Source: the human T2T-CHM13v2.0 reference genome, Homo sapiens. From it: 64,000 nucleotides of DNA. Below, piece by piece: positions 49,371 through 64,000 of this stretch (within the stretch, counting starts at the first letter, position 1; each line of letters opens with the position of its first letter). Below the pieces are notes generated by a model. That model had not been told where the DNA came from, did no database searches, and saw nothing but the letters and a program-made list of their open reading frames with translations. Made by a program: the position numbers and the translations under genes. The stretch is taken from NCBI RefSeq assembly GCF_009914755.1, contig NC_060944.1. One strand, given 5' to 3'.

Positions 49371-50036
49371 AAAAATCCCTGTACCTTAATTTCAGTGTTC
49401 CCAATAGCCTGGAGTGGAGTTGTCTCCTAAATCCTGTGTGACTGAAAATGAAGCTAGAAAGCAATTATTTTTAATTTGGCCAAATTTTTTACATTTATTA
49501 TGTGCTTTAACTGTCGTTGGATAAGATAAGCTATGCATCTTTAAAGTGCCATTTGTGTCCACAAGTTACTTGTCATTCAGCAGGTTCCTCCACCTGCCAG
49601 ACCTCACAGAGAACAAGGTGATGGTAGGGCTAGCATGTTGGTGCCAGAGACTGGACACAGGTTCCTCAGGCCAGTGCCCTTCTAGCTGGAATGATTTTGG
49701 CAGGAACGCACATAGAAAAAGGAATTGAGGTCTTGAGTTCTAAAATAGTTACAGTGTTTCTATAACACATAGTCTTTAATATTTAATTCCATACAGCGTT
49801 TGAATTCTTTAGTTGAGTTCTTTTGAGCAAAAGAACTGATGAATATTTTATAAACTAAAGTCTGCTATCTGGGAAGAGCACTGTTAGAAATCCTCAGCAT
49901 AAACCAGCTCATCTTTTAGTCCGAGAAAGTTCTGAGTTAGAGTAGATCATAAGCTCTGTGCATAGTGCTTGTGGCCAGCTGATTGATCACCCAGTACCAA
50001 GGGGGAAACCCTGGACTGGTGTAACAACAACCATTA

Positions 50037-50231
<195 letters not shown>

Positions 50232-50949
50232 TTAAGTTTCAGCTTGTCATTTGACATGTAGTATCATTAAGTTGTATGCTCAGCATTGTGCCGAATGCTA
50301 TGAGAAATAAAAGTAAAAAATTTAGAAGTGCAGTTGCTATTCTCACCAGGCTTTTGCTCTTGTTGAGAAGACTCGGCAGAGGTGACTTAACTATGGAATA
50401 GCACAAGGTAAGAGGTAAGATGGTGTCTCTTTTGTGCTAAAGAATTCAGGGGTAAGAAAGATCCCTATGAGTAAGGTAGTCAGGGAAGCTTCTAGAGGGT
50501 GATGAGATGAGCTAGTCTAAGTAAGCCTGACACTTATATTGATAAGATCGGCAAAGAAGAAAGGTTATCTGGGATTTGTCCTGGCAGGACAATCAAGCAT
50601 TACTGAGCACTGGCATGCATGCCATGGTGGTAGTGAGGGGATGTCGGAGGAGTGCAGATGCAGGTAATAAGTAGGTGCATTCTATGGAAGAATTTAAAAA
50701 CAATAACGAGACCACTAAAAGTCAGTCTGCCTTCTGTTGTCACCATTCCTAAGGATGGCAAAGATAAAATACACCTTACCATGGAGGGAACCTGCTCCCA
50801 CTGCAGCATCCACCAGCACCATGGAGTGTCAGCCAGTTTCCAGTACTGCACAGTACTAACCTTTTAGAAGATATCCAAAAACATTAAGCCATGGTCCTTG
50901 CTCCAGGTTTGCATCCTGGTTTGGGAAGTGGGACTAAAGGGAATCTAAG

Positions 50950-51140
50950 CTTGGAGATCATAAGCTGGTGGCCTGCAGGCCTACCTTGGGCTGCAGATAG
51001 GTTCTCTTTGTCAGTGGGTAGGCAACCTTTTGAATTAGTCACCACATTTTAAAAATTGGGAGCTGTTAAATAAAAACAAAACTTGCAATTATAAACTTCC
51101 AGCTTCTCTTAAAAACTGAGAAGATCTAGGTTCACTGGGA
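50950..51140. mobile_element. hAT-Charlie MITE fragment (MER58/MER102-like)
   Basis: gctggtggcctgcaggcc...ttccagcttctcttaaaaactgagaagatct. Confidence 0.5.
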
Positions 51141-53204
51141 CACACACTCCTCAGGGGGAGCTTTTGATGGAGGCACTGGCCCCAGCTCTCCACAGCCCCA
51201 CCCCACCAGCAGCCAGCATGGTCTCCGTTACCTTCCCTGTAGTCAGCTGAGTGCTCCCCAGGTGAGCGATGAAGGACTGTTTCTTCCTCCCTTGCCTCAC
51301 CCACTTACCTGCTCTTCCTCTGCCACCTACAGCACAAAGTCAGTCTCCTGACTGGTCTCTGGGCCTCAGGTCTCTCTCCTCACCAACTCCATCCTTGCAA
51401 GGCTGCCAGGCTAACCCTCTGAAAAACACTGCTTTCGAGAAACCAGCAATGGCTCAGAAATCCACAAGCTTATTGCTGTATTCTTTCCAGAGTTTCATAT
51501 TGAATTTAATTTTCCATTGCTATCCTACTATGACCAACAGCAACCCCTACCCAGCCAAACTTGTCTCCCTTGCTGGTCCCCACACCACTCTTACCCTGTC
51601 ATTTCCCATCACCTTTGCCTGTGTCTCTCCTTAGTTTCAAATGTCATCTCCCCTTCTCTCTAAAACCTGCCTGGCTCACGTTCCTCCTCCTTAGTGAAGC
51701 CCCTGAGACTCCAGTGATCTCTCTGTGTCTTTACCGCTTCATAATTCCTGATTGTCTGATGGCCTGCCCTATACCTCTCACCGTTGATTACAGGCTCTCT
51801 TTTACTACTCTGAAATTGGCTCACCATTGGTGGGACCTCTTAAGGGCAGCTGTTATTCTGGAAATTGAGTGATGACAAGATAAAGGCTTCCAGGAAGAAT
51901 TAGGATCCAGATTTTGCCTAGGCAATAAGAGGTATTCATAGGTACTATAAGTCAGATAGGCCTGAAGTCTGGAAGCTTTGGGGCAGCAGAACCCAGGAGT
52001 GAAGGACCCAACTCGGGGTCTGACCTACAAGAACTGAGAATCCAGGCTTAGAGTTTAGACAGAAGCCTGGGAATTGGCAAGGAGCTGGAGCACCAACAGT
52101 GTGGATAAGGGTCAGGAATAGCACTTGAATCTTGTGTGCCTGTTATTATTCCTTCCCAGCATAAAGGTACACTTCAGAGTAGGGCTAAGCCTGAGTCTGC
52201 AGTTGTCACTCACCCTCCAATAGATGGACCACATCTCCTTCATCCTTATCACATCAGGCACATAGCCATCAACTAGGTCCAGTAACTTCACCAACTGTAG
52301 TGCTATTTACAAATTAGTACCTTGCAAATTAACATATTGCTTTATAAGTTGCTTTGTAACTAATCTTCATTTTCTTTTTGGGGTGTGTGTTGAATATTCC
52401 CAACTACAAATGTGAACAGCTCCTTTAAAGTAGAAACACTGTTTTGTCTTCTCCTATAGCTTTTTAGAATCATGCATCCCTCAAAATAGTCATTTTTTAA
52501 AAGATGGTAACTAATCTATTTGAAGGCTACTGTGATACAACGACAGACCTAACCTAAAACAGTGACCAAATTTTTAGACTCTTATCACTTACTCAGTAGA
52601 CTGGATATAGATAATAAAAGATAAATCCCTCTTTCCATGCCTTCCTATTCTGATTAAGAATAAAGAAAATTTGACTGCAATAGGATCTGAATGGAAAACT
52701 AATAGTCATTTTTCTACATTCAGAAATAGAGGATGTAACCTATACTTCAGCCAGAAGTTTTCAATTTCTTAGCAGTGACAATTTAAGTAAATTTCATACG
52801 AGTTGTGGGGATCTAACTTTGTTATGATTGACAATATAAAATTAGCCTTTTCTGCTGTTAAGATTATCTAGCATACCTGTCATTCAGGTGGAATGTGGAA
52901 CGAGATTGCCCAGCTGTGGATTTGAACATCATTAAAGTCAACAAAGGGTTAAAAGTTACTTCCTCTGATGGATTTAAAATTGCCGCATACACGCAAACAA
53001 GTTTTTCAAACTGCCCCATTTTATGTCTTTGTTGAGAGACAGTATAGTTGCTGCATTTTAATGTCCAGATTATATTACAGATATATTTCAGTAAACCATG
53101 AAGAACCATCATAGATTCTAGAAGCTGGTGATCTGTGCTTAAATAAGCATCTCCTGCAGCATCTTTTTTATTTTATAGGCTCTGTAATCACAATGGCATT
53201 CTGA

Positions 53205-53698
<494 letters not shown>

Positions 53699-55038
53699 GC
53701 AATCCTCTTATTAAAATACATCTGCACTGTTTACTAGCAGAGAATAGATTATTACTCAGGAGTGGTCAGTAGATGCATGTCTGTGAAAGCCCCTCTGAAG
53801 GGACCTTGTTTGGCTGGCTGAGTGAGTGAGTGAGTGGCTTTGGGTCTGCTTAGCCTACAACATAGTGCTGTTCTCCTCACCTGTCATGTGCCACTTAGGC
53901 TGTTTTATGTTAAAGATATAAATAGGGAGGATATTTACAGGATTCTGCTTAAATCTAGTACACATTGATTCTATCAAAGGGTGGATGGAAATCAGGATAA
54001 TAGTCTTTAAAGGGACCCTGTCACAAGAAAACTTCACCGGATTAAGTGGCTTTGTTTTACATTACCTTCTGCGTCTGTACTAGTAATCTTGAAGCTATGG
54101 GAAATGCTGGAAATGACCTTCCTGGTCAGTAGCTTTTCAACCTAAGGCAGTAAAGGGCAATGCCAGAAAACCCTCTTTCAGTTTTTATCCTGCAGAATAA
54201 AAACCACGGTCTTAAAATAATCCTTTACAACGTAGTGGAAGAAGCTGGTTTGGGAGGAGTCCTTCTGCGCTCTCTAGGTCATTTGGTGATTGTGTGTTAG
54301 AAGGCTCTTTAATCTCCCGTTTCTTTCTCACTGCCTTTTATATCTGTTTGTATACTATTTGGCATAAACCACAGTTGTGGTGTATAGCATGGGAAGGATA
54401 TATGCATTTATAATTCTCTGCGCAAACTGAGTTGTTAAACTAAATGATTCATTTTGTGACTCTCTTAATCTAGGCTGCCCAACTGTGATTATGGGTGATA
54501 AGCCATGATGTCTGCACCTACTAGACTAACGATTGTTAGAGTTTCTCAGCATTCATAATAGAGCATTGATTTCCATTATGAAAGGTTGTGTTTTACATGA
54601 CTATTGATCTACAGTTATGTGTAAATCAGTCTTCCATAAGAAATGATCCTTCTTTATGACCACCACAAATTTTAAAATTAATATCTGGAGTCTTCAAAAC
54701 TGTTTCTTTACCACAGTCATTTTTTAGAGCCAGATAAAGAAGTCAAGAATGTTCTCTGCTGTCAGCATTATGTTCTGCTACAGCTAGAATTGCTGTATAC
54801 ATTGTGACTGGGTATGCTGTTTAACACACACTGATTATCACTGGTTCACTCTCTAGCCTTGAAAAAAGTGCCAAGTGTTTGTGACCTTTGAGAGACAGCA
54901 GTCAGGTCTTTAAACACAGATTCTTCCTAATGGATTTTAGTCACCAGGCTGCCCCGCTGCCCTCCTTGCTCTAGCTTCCTCTTGTGCCCCTTAGCACCCA
55001 GAAGTCCCTGCTGGGAACTCCAAATCTAAGTGAAATAG

Positions 55039-55464
<426 letters not shown>

Positions 55465-55604
55465 TAGAATTCTAATCCAGGCAGGAAAGGCTTTGACTGG
55501 TTACAAAATCCTTAAAGGATTGTTTGGTGTAGCAGCAGCTCACATCTGTCTCTTTAATCTTGATCTGTAAAATGAGACACCTGCCCCCATAGCATACTCT
55601 AGAG

Positions 55605-56109
55605 CAGCAGTCCCTAACCTTTTTGGCACCAGGGACCAGTTTTGTTTAAGACAGTTTTTCCATGGAGCGGGTTTAGGGAGGTGTGGGCAGGGGCATGGTT
55701 TCAGGATGATTCAAGTACATTACATTTATTGTGCACTTTATTTCTATTATTATTACATTTTAATGTATAATAAAATAATTATACAATTCACCATAATGGA
55801 AAATTAGTGGGAGCCTTGAGCTTGTTTTCCTGCAACTAGATGGTCCCGTTTGGGAGTGATGGGAGACAATGACAGATCATCAGGCGTTAGATTCTCATAA
55901 GGAACATGCAACCTAGCTCCCTTGCATGCACAGTTCACAATAGGGTTCATGCTCCTATAAGAATCTAATGCTCCCCCTGATCTGACAGGAGGCGGAGCTC
56001 AGGTGGAGCTAATGCTCCGCCCTCCTGCCACTCACCTCCTGCTTTGTGGCCCAGTTCCTAGCAGACCACGTATCAGTACCAGTCCTTGGCCCAGGCATTG
56101 GGACCCCTG
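55605..56109 (+). mobile_element. MER1A (hAT-Charlie)
   Basis: cagcagtccctaacctttttggcaccagggacc...gggacccctg. 8-bp TSD ctctagag / ctctagaa. Confidence 0.9.
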
Positions 56110-56238
56110 CTCTAGAAGATAATGTGAAGATTTCTGAATTCCTGCTCACAAAATAAAGCATCTTAAGAGAAAAAAAGAACAAACCACGCTTGTCATCATT
56201 ATTGATTTATGTTATATCAAGGATTAAGACCTTCATAT

Positions 56239-56524
56239 GGGCCAGGTGGCTAACGCCTGTAATACCAGCACTTTGGGAGGCTGAGGCAGGTGGATTGCTT
56301 GAGCTCAGGAGTTCGAGACCAGCCTGGGCAACATGGCGAAACCCCATCTCTACAAAAAAATACAAAAAAATTAGCAAAGTGTGGTGGCGCACACCTATAG
56401 TGTCAGTTAGGAGGCTGAGGCAGGAGGACTGCTTGAGTTCAGGATGTTAAGGCTGCAGTGAGCTGTGATTGTGCCACTGCACTCCAGCCTGGGTGACACA
56501 GCAAGATGCTGTCTCAAAAAAAAA
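56239..56524 (+). mobile_element. AluJ
   Basis: Alu consensus with J diagnostics. Confidence 0.9.
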
Positions 56525-57984
56525 TAACAAAAAGTCATATGCAAAGTTTACTATTATCATGTGGAAGACCAAGCTATTGTTTTTGACAACTATGAATTAT
56601 AAAAATATGATTCATGTGATTTAGAGAAATTGATTTAAAAATTGCTCATTATTGTCTTCTGGAAAACATTTTAATATAAAAATGATTAATAAGTATTTTA
56701 TGAGAAACATAATGAGACTATCCATTTATTTTTTTCCAGGTGCAACTAATTCTCTATATTAGTGGCTACTTTCAGATACGTTTCCCAATTGTGTTCTTAT
56801 GCTCATACTGAAAAATTGAGTCGGCTTTGTATTGTTTGGATTATAGTATATGAAAATCTCTATTTTAGTCTGCCTGTGTTCAGAATTAAATTCAGGGTAT
56901 TTATTACTCTGCATTTAAAGTTAGGAAATACGGATACATTTGTTTAAATTTCACCTTTCTGATTGAAAGCCCTTTCAAGTACATGAAATTAATTATAGAC
57001 AATTCAAACTATATTCCTTTATTACATTTTTAATTAAAGAATTACCTGACATTAAACTTTGTTTTTTTATGTGTCATCAATGTTATAAATTTTCCAACGT
57101 AAATTAGACAAAACAGAAAAATCTCCTTTAAATCCTTTGTACCACTTTGCACATTTTCTGATGTGGTATGTTTTTGTAGAGCCATGGGCGAAGCTCCATT
57201 TAGGGAAGCCATGGCTGTTGCACTTCTTGCCTGATCTATCCCAAAAGAAATCTGCAAGTCAGCTTCCTTTTGTGCTTTAAGGGTTGCCTTAGTTGTTCAG
57301 AAGTCACAAACCCTAGGTGCTGTACCTCCTTCAACAGCTCATTTTCCGTTTGACTTGTGCAAGTCAATTAATCAATTTTATCCTTTTGTGGGAAATAAAT
57401 ATAATAATTATAGGAAACCTTAGCTAGTTTTTCATGCTAGGACCCAAAGGATAGATGCAATTGGGTGGTGTATTAGTAACAAGAGTCTTGCCTTCATTTT
57501 GCTTCTGCAGAAAATCTTGTGTATTAGCCACCAGAGGGACTGTTCTTTGATAATTTCACTCACTTAGCTATTTAACTAATTTAATTCATCCAAATTAAAC
57601 TTGCTTTCAAGCCAAAAGCATAGTTGACTTACTTATTATAAGAAATGTACCTGCTGAATGGGCTAGAATTTGCTGATGACTGGTCAGTGCATTTTCCCAG
57701 CAGGGCAGTCTGTTAAGAAACCAAATATAGATGCAAAGGTCAAAACAAAGGAATTGGGTAGTTTAATGACATCATTGCGGTACGGTGGCAACCAAGAAAG
57801 GCAAGTTGCTGAAAGGTCTTTCTATCAAACTAGTCAGAGGCCTTAGAATCAAAGGATTCCAATGACTCATCTCACTTTATTCAAGTCCTGGAAAAAAATA
57901 GGGTTAGGTCAGGCACAAGTAATAACAATTAAGATTTATTGAGGAAGGTTCTGAACTGTACCTAGACTTACTTTCTTTTCCAGA

Positions 57985-60080
<2,096 letters not shown>

Positions 60081-60269
60081 CATAAATACCACAGCCTGAG
60101 CAGCAATATAGGCTTATTTTTTAACTCTTTCCTAATATCTTAATTTTTAAAAAACTGTAAGTAGACCATGGTAAGAGTGTAACAAAACAACAACAACAAA
60201 ACATCTGCTGTTGAGATGAAAATGTGATCTTTTTCTCTTCACTACATGTGGGAGACTGACCATCTATGC

Positions 60270-60630
60270 AGTGATTCAAAACCATTGTTGTGCTTTAGAA
60301 TCACTCTGTGAGCCTTAAAAATCCCACTGACCAGACCAGGCGTGGTGGCTCACCCCTGTAATCTCAGCACTTCAGGAGGCCGAGGCAGGTGGATTATTTA
60401 AGCCCCAGAGTTTACGACCAGCCTGGGCAACATGATGAAAGCCAGTCTCATGATCCAATGAGACTAAATAAATAAATAGATTAAAATTTTAAAGTAAAAT
60501 GTTTAAAAAGTCCACTGGCCAAGCCATACCCCAGACCATTTTTCCTGGACTCTGTAGAGGTGGCCCCAGGCACCCAGATTGTGCAGAGCTCCCCAGGTTG
60601 TTCTGTGTGCAGCAAAAGTTGAGAATGCTC
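60270..60630. mobile_element. MER5-like hAT MITE interrupted by an Alu left monomer (~60334-60480)
   Basis: cagtgattcaaaacc...ttagaatcac...gctccccaggttgttctg...agttgagaatgct. aaaa(a/g)tcc(c)actg is duplicated around the Alu. Confidence 0.6.
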
Positions 60631-60828
60631 ATTTAGCAATGAAATAACCAAAGTTTTTAAAAGTTTAAAAAAAAGGATACTTGGACTCAAAACTCCCTTA
60701 GACCAGAATATGTTGAGTTCCAGACTTCTGGATAAACCATCTTCTACTAACGTAATTGAGGCCTTTAAAAATGTGGGAATCTTATAATATTACAAATCTA
60801 TAGTGAGTGTCCTGTTTCTGTTTTATAG

Positions 60829-60922
60829 ACCTGGACAAACACCAGACTCAGACGTACCGAGGGCACAGGTGGGTCAGCATGTTGCCACCTTGAAAGAACA
60901 TGATAATTCTGTCAAAGAAGAG
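60829..60922 (+). CDS. KIZ: KIZ coding exon (probable exon 7, 94 nt): (E)PGQTPDSDVPRAQVGQHVATLKEHDNSVKEE
   Basis: Acceptor tttctgttttatAG, donor GAG|GTaggt. Phase-2 start completes GA|A = Glu from the previous exon, and the frame is open. Confidence 0.9.
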
Positions 60923-61018
60923 GTAGGTAGCTAAACTGTCTGAAGTTTTCCCAATCACAAATGTGGACCACAGGGTAAGGTTAGTAATTTTTATTTAAAA
61001 AAAAAAAAAAAAAGTTTT

Positions 61019-61400
<382 letters not shown>

Positions 61401-62764
61401 TTAACTTTCTGACCTTGGGCCTTTTGCATAATGTTTTATGTAGGAATTTATTTTCCAAGAAATTTCAAAGCATCTTATAACACTCTAGTTTTCCGTCTCC
61501 ACTCCGTACTTTAGAAATACTTTATAGTCATTCATGTCAATTCAGCAAATGCCTATCGGTCCATTACTGTACACAGATATCAGCCCAGATCCGTTGGAGG
61601 GAAAGAGACAAATAAAATGTGACCCCCTCCTTCTGGGGTGTGACATCATGGGATGCATGTAATAAGAAAATGTCAAAAATGTGGGCTTTCAGGAAAGAGA
61701 GCCAAGCCAAGACTCCTGGAGAAGCAAGGAAGGCGGAGGTCATGATGGAGGGAGTACAGTGGCATGAGAGGTGATCTTTAAAAGATAGGCTTTTGATGGT
61801 ACGAGTTGGGGGTGGGGGCAGAGGTGACAAGAAATGGCTGCTATGAGCCAAAGAGCACACTGGGAAACCCAACACATGTTCAGGCAACAGAGCCATCCTG
61901 AGGCTGAAGCATGGGCTCAAGTCTGGGGATGGTGAGAAGGAGCACAAGAAGTAGTTGCTGGCCATAGTGTGCAGCATCCGATGCCAGGCCAGGGAGAATG
62001 TGTTTAGTTTTGTACCTTTTGAAAAGCCACTGGAGCTTTTTGAACAGAGCTGTGATAGGATTTCTGCAGTGCCTTAGGGAATTTCATGTTTGGTTTGGGA
62101 CTGAGACATTGAAGGAGGGAGCCCTGCCCTGGTTCAGGCAAGAGGAGGGAGGGGCCTGATTTGGGAGCTGGTGCCAAGAGAGAATTCGAAGATGCTAAAC
62201 AGAAAATGGAAATGGATGGAGCAAGTTCCCAAGGAAATCATGAGGGGAGGAACCGGAAGCCCAACTTTAGAGCATGTCCATTGGCATATTCCTTCCTCAT
62301 TCCCTAGAAAAGCCACATTCAGGGAAACAGCCTTTCTTCTCCTAGGTTGAACATCTTGGGAATGTGTCTTGTTTCAAAGCATGTTTTTTCATCTTTATAT
62401 ATAATACAGGATTTTCTGGCTTTGATTCTTTTTAAGGTGTTTCTAAAATTATTGTTACCATGCTCATAGTTCAAGGATTGTATATCTGCACCTTCTGGAA
62501 TCAAGCCTTGCCTGTGTCTTGAAGTCACATGCCCAAGTGGCTGTGCCATCTAGAGACTCTGGCTTTGCCCCTCCAGCCTTCCAGAGCACCTTTAGTCCTC
62601 CTCAGACCCCTCTTTCCTTGCTGCTCTAATTAAGAGAGTAGCAGGACTTTTTTTTTATAACATTTCAAACATACATATATTCAGTGATAGGACGGACCCA
62701 CTAATCCCATGCCCACAACCCAAATTCACATATGTTGTTACCATTGCACCATATTTGTTTCAGA

Positions 62765-62921
62765 CCCCCTCCTCCTCATCTTCCTCCTTTCCCCCATCTT
62801 CGTACCCCCCTCCCTTCCCTCTCCTTCTTTCCTCCCCCCACTTCACCCACCTTCTCTCTCTTCTGCTCTTTCTCTCTTTTCCCTCTTCTCCTCAAACTTC
62901 CTTCCCTCCCCCCTTTCCCTT
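62765..62921. repeat. C/T-rich polypyrimidine low-complexity tract
   Basis: About 155 nt, almost purine-free on the + strand. Confidence 0.9.
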
Positions 62922-63042
62922 AGAGGGAAGAAATAAATTATTACAAACATAGATACAGCCCCCCGTATGCCTTTCACAGATTTCATGCCCCTTTTCAAAG
63001 ATAACCTAGATCTATTCCTTCTTTGCTGATGAATGTAGATCT

Positions 63043-63352
63043 TTTTTGTTTGTTTTTTCGAGACGGAGTCTTGTTCTGTTGCTCAGGCTGGAGTGCAGTG
63101 GTGCAATCTCGGCTCGCTGCCACCAGGGCTCACTGCCTCCTGGGTTCAAGCAATTCTCCTGCCTCAGCCTCCCAAGTAGCTGGGACTACAGGCATGTGCC
63201 ACCATGCCCGGCTGATTTTTTTGTATTTTTAGTAGAGACAGGGTTTCACCGTGTTGGCCAGGCTGATCTCAAACTCCTGACCTCGGGTGATCCGCGCCCC
63301 CATCAGCCTCCCAAAGTTCTGGGATTGCAGATATGAGCCACCACGCCCAGCC
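63043..63352 (-). mobile_element. AluS with a small internal rearrangement (ggctcgctgccaccagggctcactgcc)
   Basis: TSD gatgaa(t/c)gtagatctt. Confidence 0.9.
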
Positions 63353-63759
63353 GATGAACGTAGATCTTAAGAAAGATACTGTTTGGGTTTTATTGTCCCT
63401 TTGAGTTAGCACTGTCTTGTAACAACATTATTTCCCATGCTTGTTCACTGCAAGTACATCACATTCAGGCATTTTAAGGGTGAAATAAGTGTTGATCGAC
63501 TGTCCTTTGCTATCTAATATTTTTTTAAATGATATTGTTTATATTAGAAAACATGGTCCAAGTCCCAAACAACCAATCTACTCAATTTTTCCAATAATGG
63601 GAGGGGGTGCTGTCCAGCTAATATCTAATGAATCAAATTATATTCTGTTTCCCCTAATAGATCTTTGTTCCTTTTTAAATCATTCTGATCTCATTTTAGT
63701 GACAATCATAAAAAGTACCAATAGATTAATGACAAAATCTATCCTTAAAAATGGAAATA

Positions 63760-64000
63760 GGCTGGACGCGGTGGCTTACGCCTGTAATCCCAGCACTTTG
63801 GGAGGCCGAGGTGGGCGGATCACAAGGTCAGGAGATCGAGACCATCTTGGCTAACACGGTGAAACCCCGTCTCTACTAAAAATACAAAAAATTAGCCGGG
63901 TGTGCTGGCGGGCGCCTGTAGTCCCAGCTACTTAGGAGGCTGAGGCAGGAGAATGGCCTGAACCCAGGAGGCGGAGCTTGCGGTGACCGAGATTGCGCCA
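63760..64000 (+). mobile_element. AluY, cut by the window end
   Basis: ggagatcgagaccatcttggctaacacggtgaaaccccg. Confidence 0.92.

Overview
Primate genomic DNA, almost certainly human (it contains an AluYa5), from inside the KIZ/PLK1S1 (kizuna centrosomal protein) gene on the + strand. Four internal coding exons splice into one open frame: 2365-2454, 18664-19300, 19643-19952 and 60829-60922. By recalled numbering these are exons 4-7, about aa 106-482, and include the PLK1 site Thr379. The rest is intron: many Alu, L1, L2, MIR, LTR and DNA-transposon relics, an RPS15A processed pseudogene, and a few repeat-poor blocks that look enhancer-like. Most ORF-track entries are Alu/L1 artefacts. I found no new gene system (no CRISPR, operon or novel ORF). 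The most notable structures are: (1) a ~230-bp inverted duplication, which I cannot assign to a repeat family, hidden by Alus inserted in one arm, with a perfect 14-bp hairpin in its spacer; (2) a four-level nest MLT1 > tailless Alu > AluSp > RPS15A retrocopy; (3) a twin-primed L1PA with a duplicated junction; (4) a J/S chimeric Alu that may mark a recombination deletion; (5) a young AluYa5; (6) a coding allele that creates an in-frame cryptic splice acceptor. Repeat subfamily names and residue numbers come from memory of consensus sequences, not from a search.
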